DNA of 64,000 nt from Anaerolineae bacterium (GTDB lineage: Bacteria > Chloroflexota > Anaerolineae > B4-G1). Below the pieces are notes generated by a model. It worked only from the letters and a program-made list of their open reading frames with translations, did not search any database and was not told the DNA's origin. The stretch covers positions 3,176 to 67,175 of the forward strand of contig DAOTUB010000002.1 in the NCBI GenBank assembly GCA_034437455.1. Direction: 5' to 3'. Positions 17,231 to 26,525 of the stretch are shown here, piece by piece; positions within the stretch are counted from its first letter, which is position 1; the number at the start of each line of letters is the position of its first letter. The position numbers and the translations under genes were made by a program.

Positions 17231-17306
17231 GTAAATTGGTACATGGGCAGATTGGTGAGAGAGCAATCTACCTGCCCCAAAGGCGTCCCAATTTACCAAT
17301 CTACCA
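17231..17306. repeat. word-type palindromic element W1 downstream of acsC
   Basis: GTAAATTGG (17231-39) pairs perfectly with CCAATTTAC (17289-97). An inner imperfect stem joins GGGCAGATTGG and CAATCTACCTGCCC. Shares the words GTAAATTGGTACA, CCAATTTACCA and CAATCTACC with 19651..19744. Confidence 0.65.
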
Positions 17307-17307
17307 G

Positions 17308-18657
17308 CTATGCCGCACTCCACAACTTCAGGTAGCCGGCCAGATCCACCGCCTCGCGCGGTCCGACCTGGATCTCCCAGCCCGGTAATTCCTCTTCCAG
17401 CTCGCCCAGCAACACCGATACGTGACCGGGGATGATGATCTTTTTGTGCCCCAGCTTGCCCTCGACGCCGGTCGTCTTGACCGACTTGGCGATGCGCTCG
17501 GCGTCAAACTTGCCGGCGGCCCAGGCGGTGAGCACGCTCATGCCCTCCGCGTCGGCCACCAACAGCCAGCCCGGCATTCCGCTTCCGTCCACCTCGTTCG
17601 CCACAGAGAAGTAGGTGATGGAGAAGTTGGTGGTGACCAAGAGCGGCGAGTCGGGCTTGGGGTCGTTGATCTCATAGATGCCCGGTTGTACCTGGATCGG
17701 CTTTTGCGGATCGGTATAGATATTTGTCCGCAGCGCCAGCAGTGCGTAGGCCGAGGCTGGCGTAAAGGTATCCAGGACGACGAAACCACCGTACTTGGCG
17801 ATCTGCTGACCGGCCAGCATGGCCTCCTCGGTCGGGTCGGCTGCGCCATCGCCGGGGAAGGTGATGATGGGATACCCCAGCGGGCGAAAGTTCTCCTTGA
17901 GCGCCAAACGGCGCAACTGCGTCAGCGTGACTAGCGTGCCGCTGGCGTCGCGCACGCCGGGATCCAGCACGATGTCCTCCACGCCGGCTCCCTTGATCTT
18001 TTCCGTCAGATCAGCCAGTTCGTCCAGCGAGTCGGCGCGGACGACGACGGGGATGTCTGCCTCCTTGCCCAACGCGGCGATCTGCTCCCAGTTCTCGGGG
18101 GTGGCCGTGTAGAGAAGCGGGCGAGCGCCGTCAGCCGCTTCGAGGCCCGCCTTGAGCAGATCCACGTCAGAAGCGACGAGGATCAGCGGACGCTCGGTCG
18201 CCTCCTGCACTGCGCTCACCGCAGCGACAAAAGCGCCGGCGTCGCCAGAGGCCGCCTCGACCGCGATGCCATCCAAAAAGAGGTCCATTCCAACATAATC
18301 CACCGAAAAGTCCATCGCCGCGCCAACTTTCTTTTTGATCTCCTCGACGGGCGTGGTATCTTTCACGCGCACAAAAATGCCCGGCTGGTGGAAAAAGGTC
18401 TTTTCGTGGCGAAAGAGAACGGTCTCGTTGCCCACCTCGACCTTGTGCCCCGGCCCTTCCACCGTAACCAGACGGATGGGCGGAGCCGCCGCAGCCGCCA
18501 GTTGCGCCTTCGCCTCGTCCGAGACGTAGGGGCAAGTCGCCAGTTCCGCCTGCTTGGCCGCCAGCTTCATCGCAAAAGCCAGGCAGGTGGGAAAACCACA
18601 CTCCTTGCAGTTGGTCTTGGGCAAGAGTTTATAGATCTGTAATCCTGTCAATGCCAT
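17308..18657 (-). CDS. acsC: corrinoid iron-sulfur protein large subunit
   Basis: The 707-aa ORF 17308..19431 is trimmed to the ATG at 18657 (GGAGGAGAAACC upstream). MALTGLQIYKLLPKTNCKECGFPTCLAFAMKLA is the AcsC [4Fe-4S] N-terminus. Confidence 0.9.
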   Translation of the reverse strand: MALTGLQIYKLLPKTNCKECGFPTCLAFAMKLAAKQAELATCPYVSDEAKAQLAAAAAPPIRLVTVEGPGHKVEVGNETVLFRHEKTFFHQPGIFVRVKDTTPVEEIKKKVGAAMDFSVDYVGMDLFLDGIAVEAASGDAGAFVAAVSAVQEATERPLILVASDVDLLKAGLEAADGARPLLYTATPENWEQIAALGKEADIPVVVRADSLDELADLTEKIKGAGVEDIVLDPGVRDASGTLVTLTQLRRLALKENFRPLGYPIITFPGDGAADPTEEAMLAGQQIAKYGGFVVLDTFTPASAYALLALRTNIYTDPQKPIQVQPGIYEINDPKPDSPLLVTTNFSITYFSVANEVDGSGMPGWLLVADAEGMSVLTAWAAGKFDAERIAKSVKTTGVEGKLGHKKIIIPGHVSVLLGELEEELPGWEIQVGPREAVDLAGYLKLWSAA

Positions 18658-18668
18658 GGTTTCTCCTC

Positions 18669-19631
18669 CTACTTTTCCATCAACTGGTCGACGAATGCCT
18701 TGACGCGCTTTACCGTCTCGGGGTGTCGCAGAACAAGGATATCGGCTCCAGTCTCGATAAGGGCCGTCGCCGTCAGGGTCTCCCAGAGGACGGCCCGCTC
18801 GCGCCAATCGCCCCACGCTTCCGGCACGCCCTCCCCGACCTTGGCCTCCTTCTGTCGCCAGGCCTCGTAGCCGGGAGTGACGAGCATGGGCTGTTGCGTG
18901 ATCTTGTCCCCCTGGAGAGCCGCGAGGCGCAGCCGCTCCATCACCGAATAGCCGTACTCCATCCCATACCCCAGACCGGCCGTCGTGGGATCCATCAGGA
19001 TGCGCTCCAACGGCAACCCCATGTCGGAAATGAGGATGATCATCTGCTTCGACAGGTTGACGTCCATCGGCGTGCGCGAGTTCACCAGATGATCGTGGGC
19101 CAACGCTGCCGCGACGATGGTGCGATAGTTCTTCTCCTCGCAAAGGCCCAGCACCACCCGCTCGCCAGCCGCCTCCTCGGCCACAGCCACGAGCAGTTCG
19201 TTGTCGGCGTCCACTTGCCCAGGACCAAAGACCAGCAGCGGCAAGCCAGTGGCCTCCAGTACCGCGCGGGTAGCGGCCCGGGCGTCCTCGGCGGTTGTGG
19301 GGGTATCCCCATTTTTCGTCAGGCTCAACTGCAAGAGAATCAGGTCCGCTCCAGCCTCTTCGGCGGCCTTTGCCCAGGCTGTCGGGTCGTTTGCCGCGTC
19401 GCCCCAGGCTTCCAGCAGGAGCGGCGACCAATCGTCAGGCTTCCGGTCCGCGATCTCGATAGCGATGCGCGGTGGGTTGGGAATCTCGCCCTCAAAGTGG
19501 AGAAAGGGAAGTGTGGTCTCGCCGCCAATGGTGACGGTGTGACTGCGGGTGCCCCCATCATCGGCGGTGGCCCCCAGCGTGATCTCGCGTACACTTCCTG
19601 TCCATTTTTCCACAGGAATTTCAACTACCAT
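18669..19631 (-). CDS. acsD: corrinoid iron-sulfur protein small subunit
   Basis: ORF 18669..19673 trimmed to the ATG at 19631 (AGGAGGATATAC upstream). MVVEIPVEKWTGSVREITLGA... is a TIM-barrel CFeSP delta type. Confidence 0.9.
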   Translation of the reverse strand: MVVEIPVEKWTGSVREITLGATADDGGTRSHTVTIGGETTLPFLHFEGEIPNPPRIAIEIADRKPDDWSPLLLEAWGDAANDPTAWAKAAEEAGADLILLQLSLTKNGDTPTTAEDARAATRAVLEATGLPLLVFGPGQVDADNELLVAVAEEAAGERVVLGLCEEKNYRTIVAAALAHDHLVNSRTPMDVNLSKQMIILISDMGLPLERILMDPTTAGLGYGMEYGYSVMERLRLAALQGDKITQQPMLVTPGYEAWRQKEAKVGEGVPEAWGDWRERAVLWETLTATALIETGADILVLRHPETVKRVKAFVDQLMEK

Positions 19632-19650
19632 GTATATCCTCCTAAAAGTT

Positions 19651-19744
19651 GGTAGATTCGTAGATTGGTACATTAGTAAATTGGTACATTGGTAAATGGG
19701 TCGCTACCACCAAATGTACCAATTTACCAGTTTCCCAATCTACC
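19651..19744. repeat. word-type palindromic element W1 upstream of acsD
   Basis: Perfect 15-bp stem GTAAATTGGTACATT (19676-90) / AATGTACCAATTTAC (19713-27), plus an outer stem GGTAGATT (19651-58) / AATCTACC (19737-44). Confidence 0.7.
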
Positions 19745-19842
19745 CACATGTTGACTCAACATCCACCAGCATAGCACCGAACCGATCAACGGTCAAGTGA
19801 TGATCATCACACCTGGCGGATGATGTTTCATCTTGGGTCAAC

Positions 19843-19878
19843 CGTCGAGGGCGTCGGCCATTTCCAACGCCCTCGACG
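19843..19878. other. GC-rich 12-bp stem-loop immediately downstream of the acsB stop
   Basis: CGTCGAGGGCGT - 12 nt loop - ACGCCCTCGACG. There is no U-tract on the minus (mRNA) strand, so it is more likely an intercistronic structure than a terminator. Confidence 0.6.
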
Positions 19879-19884
19879 TTTATT

Positions 19885-22152
19885 CTAGAAAACCGACTCC
19901 ATCGTAAGCGCCGGATGCCCCTTTTCCTCCAGGAACTGGAGCAGTCCCTCGACGTCCGTGCAGATCGTCTCGTCGGCGATCTTGTCCAGCAGTTCAGGGT
20001 CCCCTTCCCGCTCGCAGGCCGCCTGCATCTCCTCGGCCATGCTATCTTTCAAGAAAGAAGACATCCAGACAATACGCTTGAGGCCCCCATCGGCGCGGAT
20101 GAACTTGGGGCTGATGAGAAAGTACTTGCCGATGCCCATCACGCCCGGCGTCTGTAACCCGCCGCCGGCCATGCCGGCCAGCGTGGAAAAGGTCATCCCG
20201 GCTGGCGTCATGCTCGGATCCTCACGGCTGACCACCATGAAACCGTTCGCCTCGGGAATGACCATCATGATGCACTCGAAGCAGCCGCAGGCCGTCATGG
20301 GGTTCTCCATGATCGAGTACATCGAGACCTCTTCCACCGTACCCTGAGAGGCCCCCTGGGCATACTCGTTAACTCCTGTGAAGTATCCCTTCTCTTCGTC
20401 CATGCACTCGCCTTTTTCGATCGGCTGATTGGGGCCGGTGGGGTTGATCTCGTAAGAGGCCTTGCAGTCCAGCCAGTTGTAGGCCCCGCACAATCCCAGC
20501 CGTTGTGGGCTGACGACGCAGACGTGGGTAGGAGCAAAAGACTGGCAGAGAATACAGGAGTAGAAGGTATCTACCGCCTCGTCCGTCAGGTCGGCCAGGC
20601 GACGGTTGCGAAAGTCATACGCCTCGCGCGCCTTTTCCAGCCATTCGGCGTAGAGCTCGGGGTCCGTGATGATCTTGACCTGAACCTTGTCCACGATAGC
20701 GCCAAAGTCAGCGTGGAAGCGGGCGTAGAGGATTTCGCCAAAGTGCTTGAGGTCGAATCCCTTGTCCGCCGCCCCTTTCGAGATGCGGATCCAGGTAATG
20801 TCTCGCTGACCGATGTGCTGGATGCCAGAAGCGGCGTTGACAAAGTAGTGGAACTGCCGCTCCAACACCGGCTCAAAGTCCTCCTGCATCTTGCGTCCGG
20901 CCACCTCGGCCAGGATACCCATGTCCATCGAGCCGCCCTCTTCTATGTTCTCCAGGCCTGGGCCGATGACCTCGATCTTGCCGTCCTCCACATCGTCCAT
21001 GTCCACCATGCGCAGGTACTCCCACGCACGGCTGCCCTTGCCGCCAGACTCGACTCGCATGTCGGCCCGACGCACGACCTCGCCCTCAAAGGCAGAGCCG
21101 TAGGGAACGGGGACGGGCACTTCGGTGATCTTGACCTTGACGCCGCGAACCTCGATGGCGCGCTGTACCATCTTGGCCGCCCGCTCCGTGTCATCCTCCG
21201 CCTCGATCTCGTTCCAGGGCATGGAGATGACGTGCTCGTAGCGGGTGACGCCGGTGGGCAGAATCTCCGGGATGACGGTGTCGGCGATGGTGGGAAAGCC
21301 GTAGGAGATGGCCCCCGCGGCGGCGGCGTACTTTAGATCGTCCACCTCTCCCAGCGCCAGCACAAAGGCAAAGACGCGGAACTTGTTGTAGAGGAGAATA
21401 TCCCGCCACTGACCGGCCTTCAGACCGCCGAACGTCAGCGCCGAGCGGGTGGCAAAGCCCATCGGGTAGATGGCGGAGAGGGTATCTGTGCCAAAGGGGA
21501 TGATGTAGGTATCGAATCCCATCTCCACCCCCTCCTCGCGCAACTGGTCGATCACGGAGCGGCCGTTGGTGTTGCCGCAGAGAAAGATCAGGATGTTGCG
21601 CCGCTGAAGCTCCCGCACGATGCCGACGGCGGCCTCGTTCGAGCGGGCCGCGCCAACGAGGGCGGCAAAGCCAGGCATACGGCCGTCCACCAACTGGATG
21701 CCCCACGAGCGCAACTGGATGTCGTCGATGGGGCCGTTGAGATGGCCATCCCCCTTGAAATCGGGATAGGCGGTGCTGCCGAGCAACTCGAGTCCCGAGC
21801 AAGGCTCCGGCTGCTCCCCGTAGGCGAAGCGGATGCCCTCGATGGCCTCCGCAGCCAACAGGGTCGCCATGCCGCTATCGAGCGTTTCTCCCAGGTAGGG
21901 CACCCACAGGTTGTCGTCCGGCAGTGGGTGCAGGAGCTTTTTGGCGTGCTCCAATGGCATCTCGAGATCGCCCAACGTAGAGACCTCGTGCGCCAGCATT
22001 CCCAGCGTCACCGGCAAAAAGTAAGCCGTATTGGGGAAAGTAACGGGCGTATCGGCCCCCTTCTCGGCGATGGCCTTCTTCAGTAGCGCGTCCGCCTCGG
22101 CCACGATGCCGTTGGCGCCGCGGATAGCACGTGTTGCGATATACTTTGACAT
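19885..22152 (-). CDS. acsB: acetyl-CoA synthase (A-cluster subunit)
   Basis: ORF 19885..22257 trimmed to the ATG at 22152 (GGAGGTGGAGGGAAC upstream). Starts MSKYIATRAIRGANGIV and carries the A-cluster motif TACGCFECI. Confidence 0.9.
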   Translation of the reverse strand: MSKYIATRAIRGANGIVAEADALLKKAIAEKGADTPVTFPNTAYFLPVTLGMLAHEVSTLGDLEMPLEHAKKLLHPLPDDNLWVPYLGETLDSGMATLLAAEAIEGIRFAYGEQPEPCSGLELLGSTAYPDFKGDGHLNGPIDDIQLRSWGIQLVDGRMPGFAALVGAARSNEAAVGIVRELQRRNILIFLCGNTNGRSVIDQLREEGVEMGFDTYIIPFGTDTLSAIYPMGFATRSALTFGGLKAGQWRDILLYNKFRVFAFVLALGEVDDLKYAAAAGAISYGFPTIADTVIPEILPTGVTRYEHVISMPWNEIEAEDDTERAAKMVQRAIEVRGVKVKITEVPVPVPYGSAFEGEVVRRADMRVESGGKGSRAWEYLRMVDMDDVEDGKIEVIGPGLENIEEGGSMDMGILAEVAGRKMQEDFEPVLERQFHYFVNAASGIQHIGQRDITWIRISKGAADKGFDLKHFGEILYARFHADFGAIVDKVQVKIITDPELYAEWLEKAREAYDFRNRRLADLTDEAVDTFYSCILCQSFAPTHVCVVSPQRLGLCGAYNWLDCKASYEINPTGPNQPIEKGECMDEEKGYFTGVNEYAQGASQGTVEEVSMYSIMENPMTACGCFECIMMVIPEANGFMVVSREDPSMTPAGMTFSTLAGMAGGGLQTPGVMGIGKYFLISPKFIRADGGLKRIVWMSSFLKDSMAEEMQAACEREGDPELLDKIADETICTDVEGLLQFLEEKGHPALTMESVF

Positions 22153-22166
22153 GTTCCCTCCACCTC

Positions 22167-24164
22167 CTACACCGCCGTCCCATAAGCTGCTTCGATCCGC
22201 TCCTCCAGCGGGAGTTCGAGCAGTTCCGGCATGCGCCGGTCGCCGCTCTGACCCCACTTGGAGGCGTCGTACTCGGGCAGCCCCAGGTCGGCTCGTTTCT
22301 TGTCAATGTGTTCGATGGATCGGCGGACGATCTCTTCGGCCTCTTCGACGAACTCGAGCCTGCCGCCGACCTTTTCCTCCCAAACCTCGGTCATGATCCG
22401 CAGCACTTCCTCGCTGCCGGAGACAGGACCGTCGCTGCCGCCCATGATGACATAGGCTCCGGAAGCCACACAGTAGGTGGCGATGGAGATCGCTTTCTCG
22501 CTCATCCACTCCGGCGCCATGCCTACGGCGGGGATGTCCGAGATATCCTCGCCCAGCCCGCCCTCGGTCGCCATCTGCGCCAGGACGGTGAGGATGCGCG
22601 AGTTGTCCACGCAGGAGCCCATGTGGAGCACCGGCGGGATGCCGACCGTCTCACAGATCTCGCGCAGGCCCGGCCCGGCCACCTCCATCGCCGCCTCGGG
22701 GGTCATGAACCCCTGCTTGGCGCTGGCGATGGCTCCGCAGCCGGTCTCTACCACCAAGATGTCGTTCTTGAGGAACTCGATGACGACGTCGTGGAAGAGT
22801 TCGTCGTGACGCACGCGAGCGTTGTTGCAACCGATGTTGGCCACCACGCCACGAATGCGTCCGGCCTGGATGGCGTCGTTGAGCGGGCGCAGGGAGCCTC
22901 GGTAGAAGCCGCCCAGCGCATAGTCAATGTACTCGTGGGAGAAACCGGGCACCAACGGGTTATGCTCGTCGGGTATACGTGTCTCCCCACGTTCGGGGAA
23001 GCGATCGACCGCCCGACGGACGATCTCTTTGGCGATCTCGAGCGCCCTGCTCTCCTCGAACTCGATGTGCCTGGCGCCCTCGATCTTGACCTTGGGCGAG
23101 GTGGTGATCAGTTCGGTGTGAAAATTGTCCGCCATCGGGGCCAATCCCTGCATGATGCACTGGATGTCCACGACCATCGCCTCGACCGCGCCGGTGAGGA
23201 TGGCCAACTCTTGCTGCAAAAAGTTACCTGCCAGGGGCACACCCTGCCGCATGACCGTCTCGTTCGCGGTGCAGCAGATACCGGCCAACTGGATGCCCGT
23301 GGCTCCCTTGCTCTTGGCGTATTCGATCATCTCCGGGTCGAGCGCCGCCGCCACGATCATCTCGGAAAGCGTCGGCTCGTGGCCGTGGACGACGACGTTG
23401 ACCTTGTCCTCACTGAGCACTCCCAGGTTGGCCCCAGAGCGCACCGGGGCAGGGGTGCCAAAGATCACGTCCGACAGATCGGTAGCCAGCATCGAGCCGC
23501 CCCAGCCGTCGCCCAACGCGCAGCGCAGGGCCTGATCCAGGATGTGCTCGGCTTCCTGGTCGTTGCCGACGTGAGTACGATGTAGCATTTCCACGATCTC
23601 TCGGTCTACACTGCGAGGCGTAATCCCTGCCTCGTCCCAGACCTCTTGCCGTTTGGCCGGAGCGCGCTTCACGTTAAAAACCTCTCCCTCAACCTTGCCA
23701 AACTCGGCCAGGGCCGCCAGGGCTACGTCCTTCGCGATCTCCTCTATGGGCCGCCCATCGGCCTTGACGCCCAGATAGCCCGCCATCTCCAGCAGTTTGA
23801 AGGGATCTCGGACCCCATAGTCGGGCGCGTGCCCCTCGGCGGCTTCCAGCAGCGTGTAGGCCAGGCCGCGTCCGTGATCGGAGTGGGCCGACGCGCCCAC
23901 CGCCACTGCGCGGGCAAAGTTACGGGCCGCCACGGTCGCTACCGTCGCCCCACAGACCCCGCGCTCGGTCTTTCCTACCAGACGACAGGGACCCATCGAG
24001 CAGTTCTTGCAGCAGAGGCCCTGGGATCCAATGGGGCAGGGAGCCAGCGCATCGGCTCGCGCAAAGGCTGTCTCCACATCTATCTGACAGGCTCGCTCTA
24101 ATAGAGCGACGGCTGCCGGATCGTAGCTGGATTCCTGGGGTGTTCGTTCTTTTTTCTTCGCCAT
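22167..24164 (-). CDS. cooS: Ni-dependent carbon monoxide dehydrogenase catalytic subunit
   Basis: ORF 22167..24206 trimmed to the ATG at 24164. Has GLCCKNCSMGPCR, AGICCTANE and HMGSCVDNSR cluster motifs. Confidence 0.9.
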   Translation of the reverse strand: MAKKKERTPQESSYDPAAVALLERACQIDVETAFARADALAPCPIGSQGLCCKNCSMGPCRLVGKTERGVCGATVATVAARNFARAVAVGASAHSDHGRGLAYTLLEAAEGHAPDYGVRDPFKLLEMAGYLGVKADGRPIEEIAKDVALAALAEFGKVEGEVFNVKRAPAKRQEVWDEAGITPRSVDREIVEMLHRTHVGNDQEAEHILDQALRCALGDGWGGSMLATDLSDVIFGTPAPVRSGANLGVLSEDKVNVVVHGHEPTLSEMIVAAALDPEMIEYAKSKGATGIQLAGICCTANETVMRQGVPLAGNFLQQELAILTGAVEAMVVDIQCIMQGLAPMADNFHTELITTSPKVKIEGARHIEFEESRALEIAKEIVRRAVDRFPERGETRIPDEHNPLVPGFSHEYIDYALGGFYRGSLRPLNDAIQAGRIRGVVANIGCNNARVRHDELFHDVVIEFLKNDILVVETGCGAIASAKQGFMTPEAAMEVAGPGLREICETVGIPPVLHMGSCVDNSRILTVLAQMATEGGLGEDISDIPAVGMAPEWMSEKAISIATYCVASGAYVIMGGSDGPVSGSEEVLRIMTEVWEEKVGGRLEFVEEAEEIVRRSIEHIDKKRADLGLPEYDASKWGQSGDRRMPELLELPLEERIEAAYGTAV

Positions 24165-24174
24165 AGTATACCTC

Positions 24175-24513
24175 CTAGTACCGTCGGAACTCGCCCGACA
24201 TCTCACGGTCAGCCCGGTTCGTCTCGGTCATTCGCGAGCCTAGCACTTCCCACTGCGGGTCCCGGCGCAGCTCGGTAGGCTGAACCAGTATAGGAACCTC
24301 CCCCTCGCCCACCGGGTAGCCGGCGTCAGCCAGCGCCTTTTCGATGGCGGTCTGATCCGTCTTGCCTCCGTCGTAAGCGACCAGAACCTGTTTCCAGGCC
24401 GAACTTGCATACACATCTTCTACTCCCTTCAGGTTGACCAGCGCGTCTCGTACTTTGAGGACGTGGTGATCGGCCCAGAGGGTGGGTACTTCTAGCGCTA
24501 CTTTCTCCATATC
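24175..24513 (-). CDS. small HMA-fold (ferredoxin-like beta-alpha-beta-beta-alpha-beta) protein lacking the CxxC motif
   Basis: ORF 24175..24564 trimmed to the ATG at 24513 (CCAGGAGGTCAAACGAT upstream). KVALEVPTLWADHHVLKVRDALVNLKGVEDVYASSAWKQVLVAYDGGKTDQTAIEKALADAGYPV aligns to the HMA pattern, with GMxCxxC replaced by TLWADHH. Confidence 0.55.
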   Translation of the reverse strand, partial: DMEKVALEVPTLWADHHVLKVRDALVNLKGVEDVYASSAWKQVLVAYDGGKTDQTAIEKALADAGYPVGEGEVPILVQPTELRRDPQWEVLGSRMTETNRADREMSGEFRRY

Positions 24514-24533
24514 GTTTGACCTCCTGGATAATG

Positions 24534-24572
24534 CGTGATACGTGATGTATGATTCACACATCACGTATCACG
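24534..24572. other. perfect 15-bp inverted repeat between fhs and the HMA-like gene
   Basis: CGTGATACGTGATGT - 9 nt - ACATCACGTATCACG. The word CACGTATCA recurs in 35371..35402. Confidence 0.7.
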
Positions 24573-24580
24573 TCTACGTT

Positions 24581-26470
24581 CTACGATAGTCCCAAAACCT
24601 TCCCCGTCTCCACGTCTATATCAATATCCGTAAAGACCGGTCGTGTGGGCAGACCGGGCATCGTCTTCATCGTGCCACACAGCGGGAAGATGAATCCCGC
24701 GCCCACGCTGGCCCGCACATCGGTGATGGGCAGCCGCCAATCGCGAGGCGTGCCCTTGAGCGCCGGGTCGTGCGTGAACGATAGGTGCGTCTTGGCCATG
24801 CAGAGCGGCAGATGCGCCAGCCCCATATTGGTGAAGAGCTTAATCTTGGCCTCTGCCTCGTCCGTATAGTCCACCCCGTCGGCGCGATAAATCTCGCGGG
24901 CGATGGTCTCGATCTTTTCCTTGATCGACATCTCATCCTCGTAGAGGAAGTGGAAATTATTCGGCTTCTCGCAGGCCTTGACCACGGCCTCGGCCAGCGC
25001 TGCGCCACCCTCGCCGCCCTTGGCCCACACTTCACTGAGCACGGCGTCCTCGGCTCCCGTCTCCTTGGCCCGCTTGCGGATCAAATCGACCTCGGCGTCG
25101 GTGTCGTACTTGAAGCGGTTGATCGCCACCACCACCGGCACGCCGAACTTGACCGCGTTCTCGACGTGTTGCAGCAGGTTGGGCAGACCCTTTTCCAGCA
25201 GCTCCAGGTTCTCCTCGGTGTAGGCCTTGTCCAGCGGTTTGCCGGCGACGACCTTGGGTCCGCCGCCGTGCATCTTGAGCGCGCGAATGGTACAGACCAA
25301 CACCACACAGTTGGGAACCAGACCGCTGTAGCGGCTCTTGAGGTTCATGAACTTTTCCATCCCGCAGTCGGCGCCAAAGCCAGACTCGGTGACTACATAG
25401 TCGGCCAGCTTGAGCGCGATCTTGTCGGCGATGATGGACGAGTTGCCCTGGGCGATGTTGGCGAACGGCCCACAGTGGACAAAAGCCGGGCTGCCGGCCA
25501 ACGTCTGCATCATGTTCGGCATGATGGCGTCCTTGAGCAGCACGGTCATCGCGCCGGCTACGTTCAGGTCCTCGGCCGTGATCGGCAACACCGGCCTATC
25601 CACCTGGCGTTTGCCGCCCGTCTTGTTCGTGCCGATGATGATGCGGCCCATGCGCTCGCGCAGGTCGGCCAGATCGCTGCACATCGCCAGCGCGGCCATG
25701 ATCTCGGAGGCGACTGTGATGTCGTACCCCGTCTCGCGCACCACGCCGTTATTGGTGCCGCCCATGCCGACGACGATGTTCCGCAGCGCCGCGTCCGACA
25801 CATCCACCACGCGCCGCCACTGGATGCCATCGGGGTCGATGTTCAGGCGGAACATGCGCTCCTTGTCCTCGTCGCTCAGGTCAGAGGGCTTTTCCGACTC
25901 GATGCCCAACTTTTCCAGCCGCTTGCGCATGCTCGGCGTGTACTCGTTGTCCGGGCAGAGCGCCTTCGCCAGATACGCGGTGCTCCAACGGGCTTCCTTC
26001 GCCATGCGGTTGTTAATGGCGGCCGCCAGCAGGTTGTGGGCCGCGCTCACGGCGTGGATGTCGCCAGTGAGGTGCAGGTTAAAGTCCTCCATTGGCACGA
26101 TCTGAGCATAACCGCCGCCGGCCGCCCCGCCCTTGATGCCAAAGGTCGGCCCCTGAGAAGGCTGACGAATGACGGTAAAGACCTTCTTGCCGATGTAGTG
26201 CAATCCCTGGCTGACGCCGACGGTAGTCACCGTCTTGCCCTCGCCCAGGGGCGTGGGGGTGATGGCGGTCACGTCAATGTACTTGCCGTTGGGGCGGTCC
26301 TTGAACTTTTCGAGCACATCCAGATGGACCTTGGCCTTCCACTTCCCTTGTAAGTCAATGTCGTCTTCAGAAAGCCCGACGCTCTTGGCGATCTCGACGA
26401 TGGGAAGAAGCTCGGCTGCTTGCGCGATCTCAATGTCGCTAGGAACTGGTTCAACTCGCTTGACTGGCAT
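24581..26470 (-). CDS. fhs: formate-tetrahydrofolate ligase (long form)
   Basis: 629 aa. Has TPTPLGEGKTVTTVG, FANIAQGNSS and MPGLPTRP motifs. Confidence 0.95.
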   Translation of the reverse strand: MPVKRVEPVPSDIEIAQAAELLPIVEIAKSVGLSEDDIDLQGKWKAKVHLDVLEKFKDRPNGKYIDVTAITPTPLGEGKTVTTVGVSQGLHYIGKKVFTVIRQPSQGPTFGIKGGAAGGGYAQIVPMEDFNLHLTGDIHAVSAAHNLLAAAINNRMAKEARWSTAYLAKALCPDNEYTPSMRKRLEKLGIESEKPSDLSDEDKERMFRLNIDPDGIQWRRVVDVSDAALRNIVVGMGGTNNGVVRETGYDITVASEIMAALAMCSDLADLRERMGRIIIGTNKTGGKRQVDRPVLPITAEDLNVAGAMTVLLKDAIMPNMMQTLAGSPAFVHCGPFANIAQGNSSIIADKIALKLADYVVTESGFGADCGMEKFMNLKSRYSGLVPNCVVLVCTIRALKMHGGGPKVVAGKPLDKAYTEENLELLEKGLPNLLQHVENAVKFGVPVVVAINRFKYDTDAEVDLIRKRAKETGAEDAVLSEVWAKGGEGGAALAEAVVKACEKPNNFHFLYEDEMSIKEKIETIAREIYRADGVDYTDEAEAKIKLFTNMGLAHLPLCMAKTHLSFTHDPALKGTPRDWRLPITDVRASVGAGFIFPLCGTMKTMPGLPTRPVFTDIDIDVETGKVLGLS

Positions 26471-26525
26471 TTTACCTCCTATATGTGTATAACGGTTTTA
26501 TTGAACAGACTAGTAAGCATACGCT

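Noticed and set aside
18658-19431. N-terminal 258 aa of the 707-aa ORF 17308..19431
   Set aside because: This part is an out-of-frame read through acsD (Arg/Gly-rich). The genuine AcsC N-terminus MALTGLQIYKLLPKTNCKECGFPTC starts at 18657 with a strong SD.
22131-23585. 484-aa plus-strand ORF
   Set aside because: It is antisense to cooS (and to the start of acsB), has no motifs and shows shadow-frame composition.
25835-26005. Extra segment of about 57 aa in Fhs (MAKEARWSTAYLAK...RKRLEKLGIESEKPSDLSDEDKERMFRLNIDPDGIQW) that first looked like a novel insertion
   Set aside because: From memory, the same segment exists in the long, eukaryote-type formyl-THF synthetase domain (human MTHFD1: ...[36 protein letters not shown]...). 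It is a known family variant, not a novelty.
24785-26353. 522-aa plus-strand ORF
   Set aside because: It is antisense to fhs, which is unmistakable, so this is a shadow ORF.
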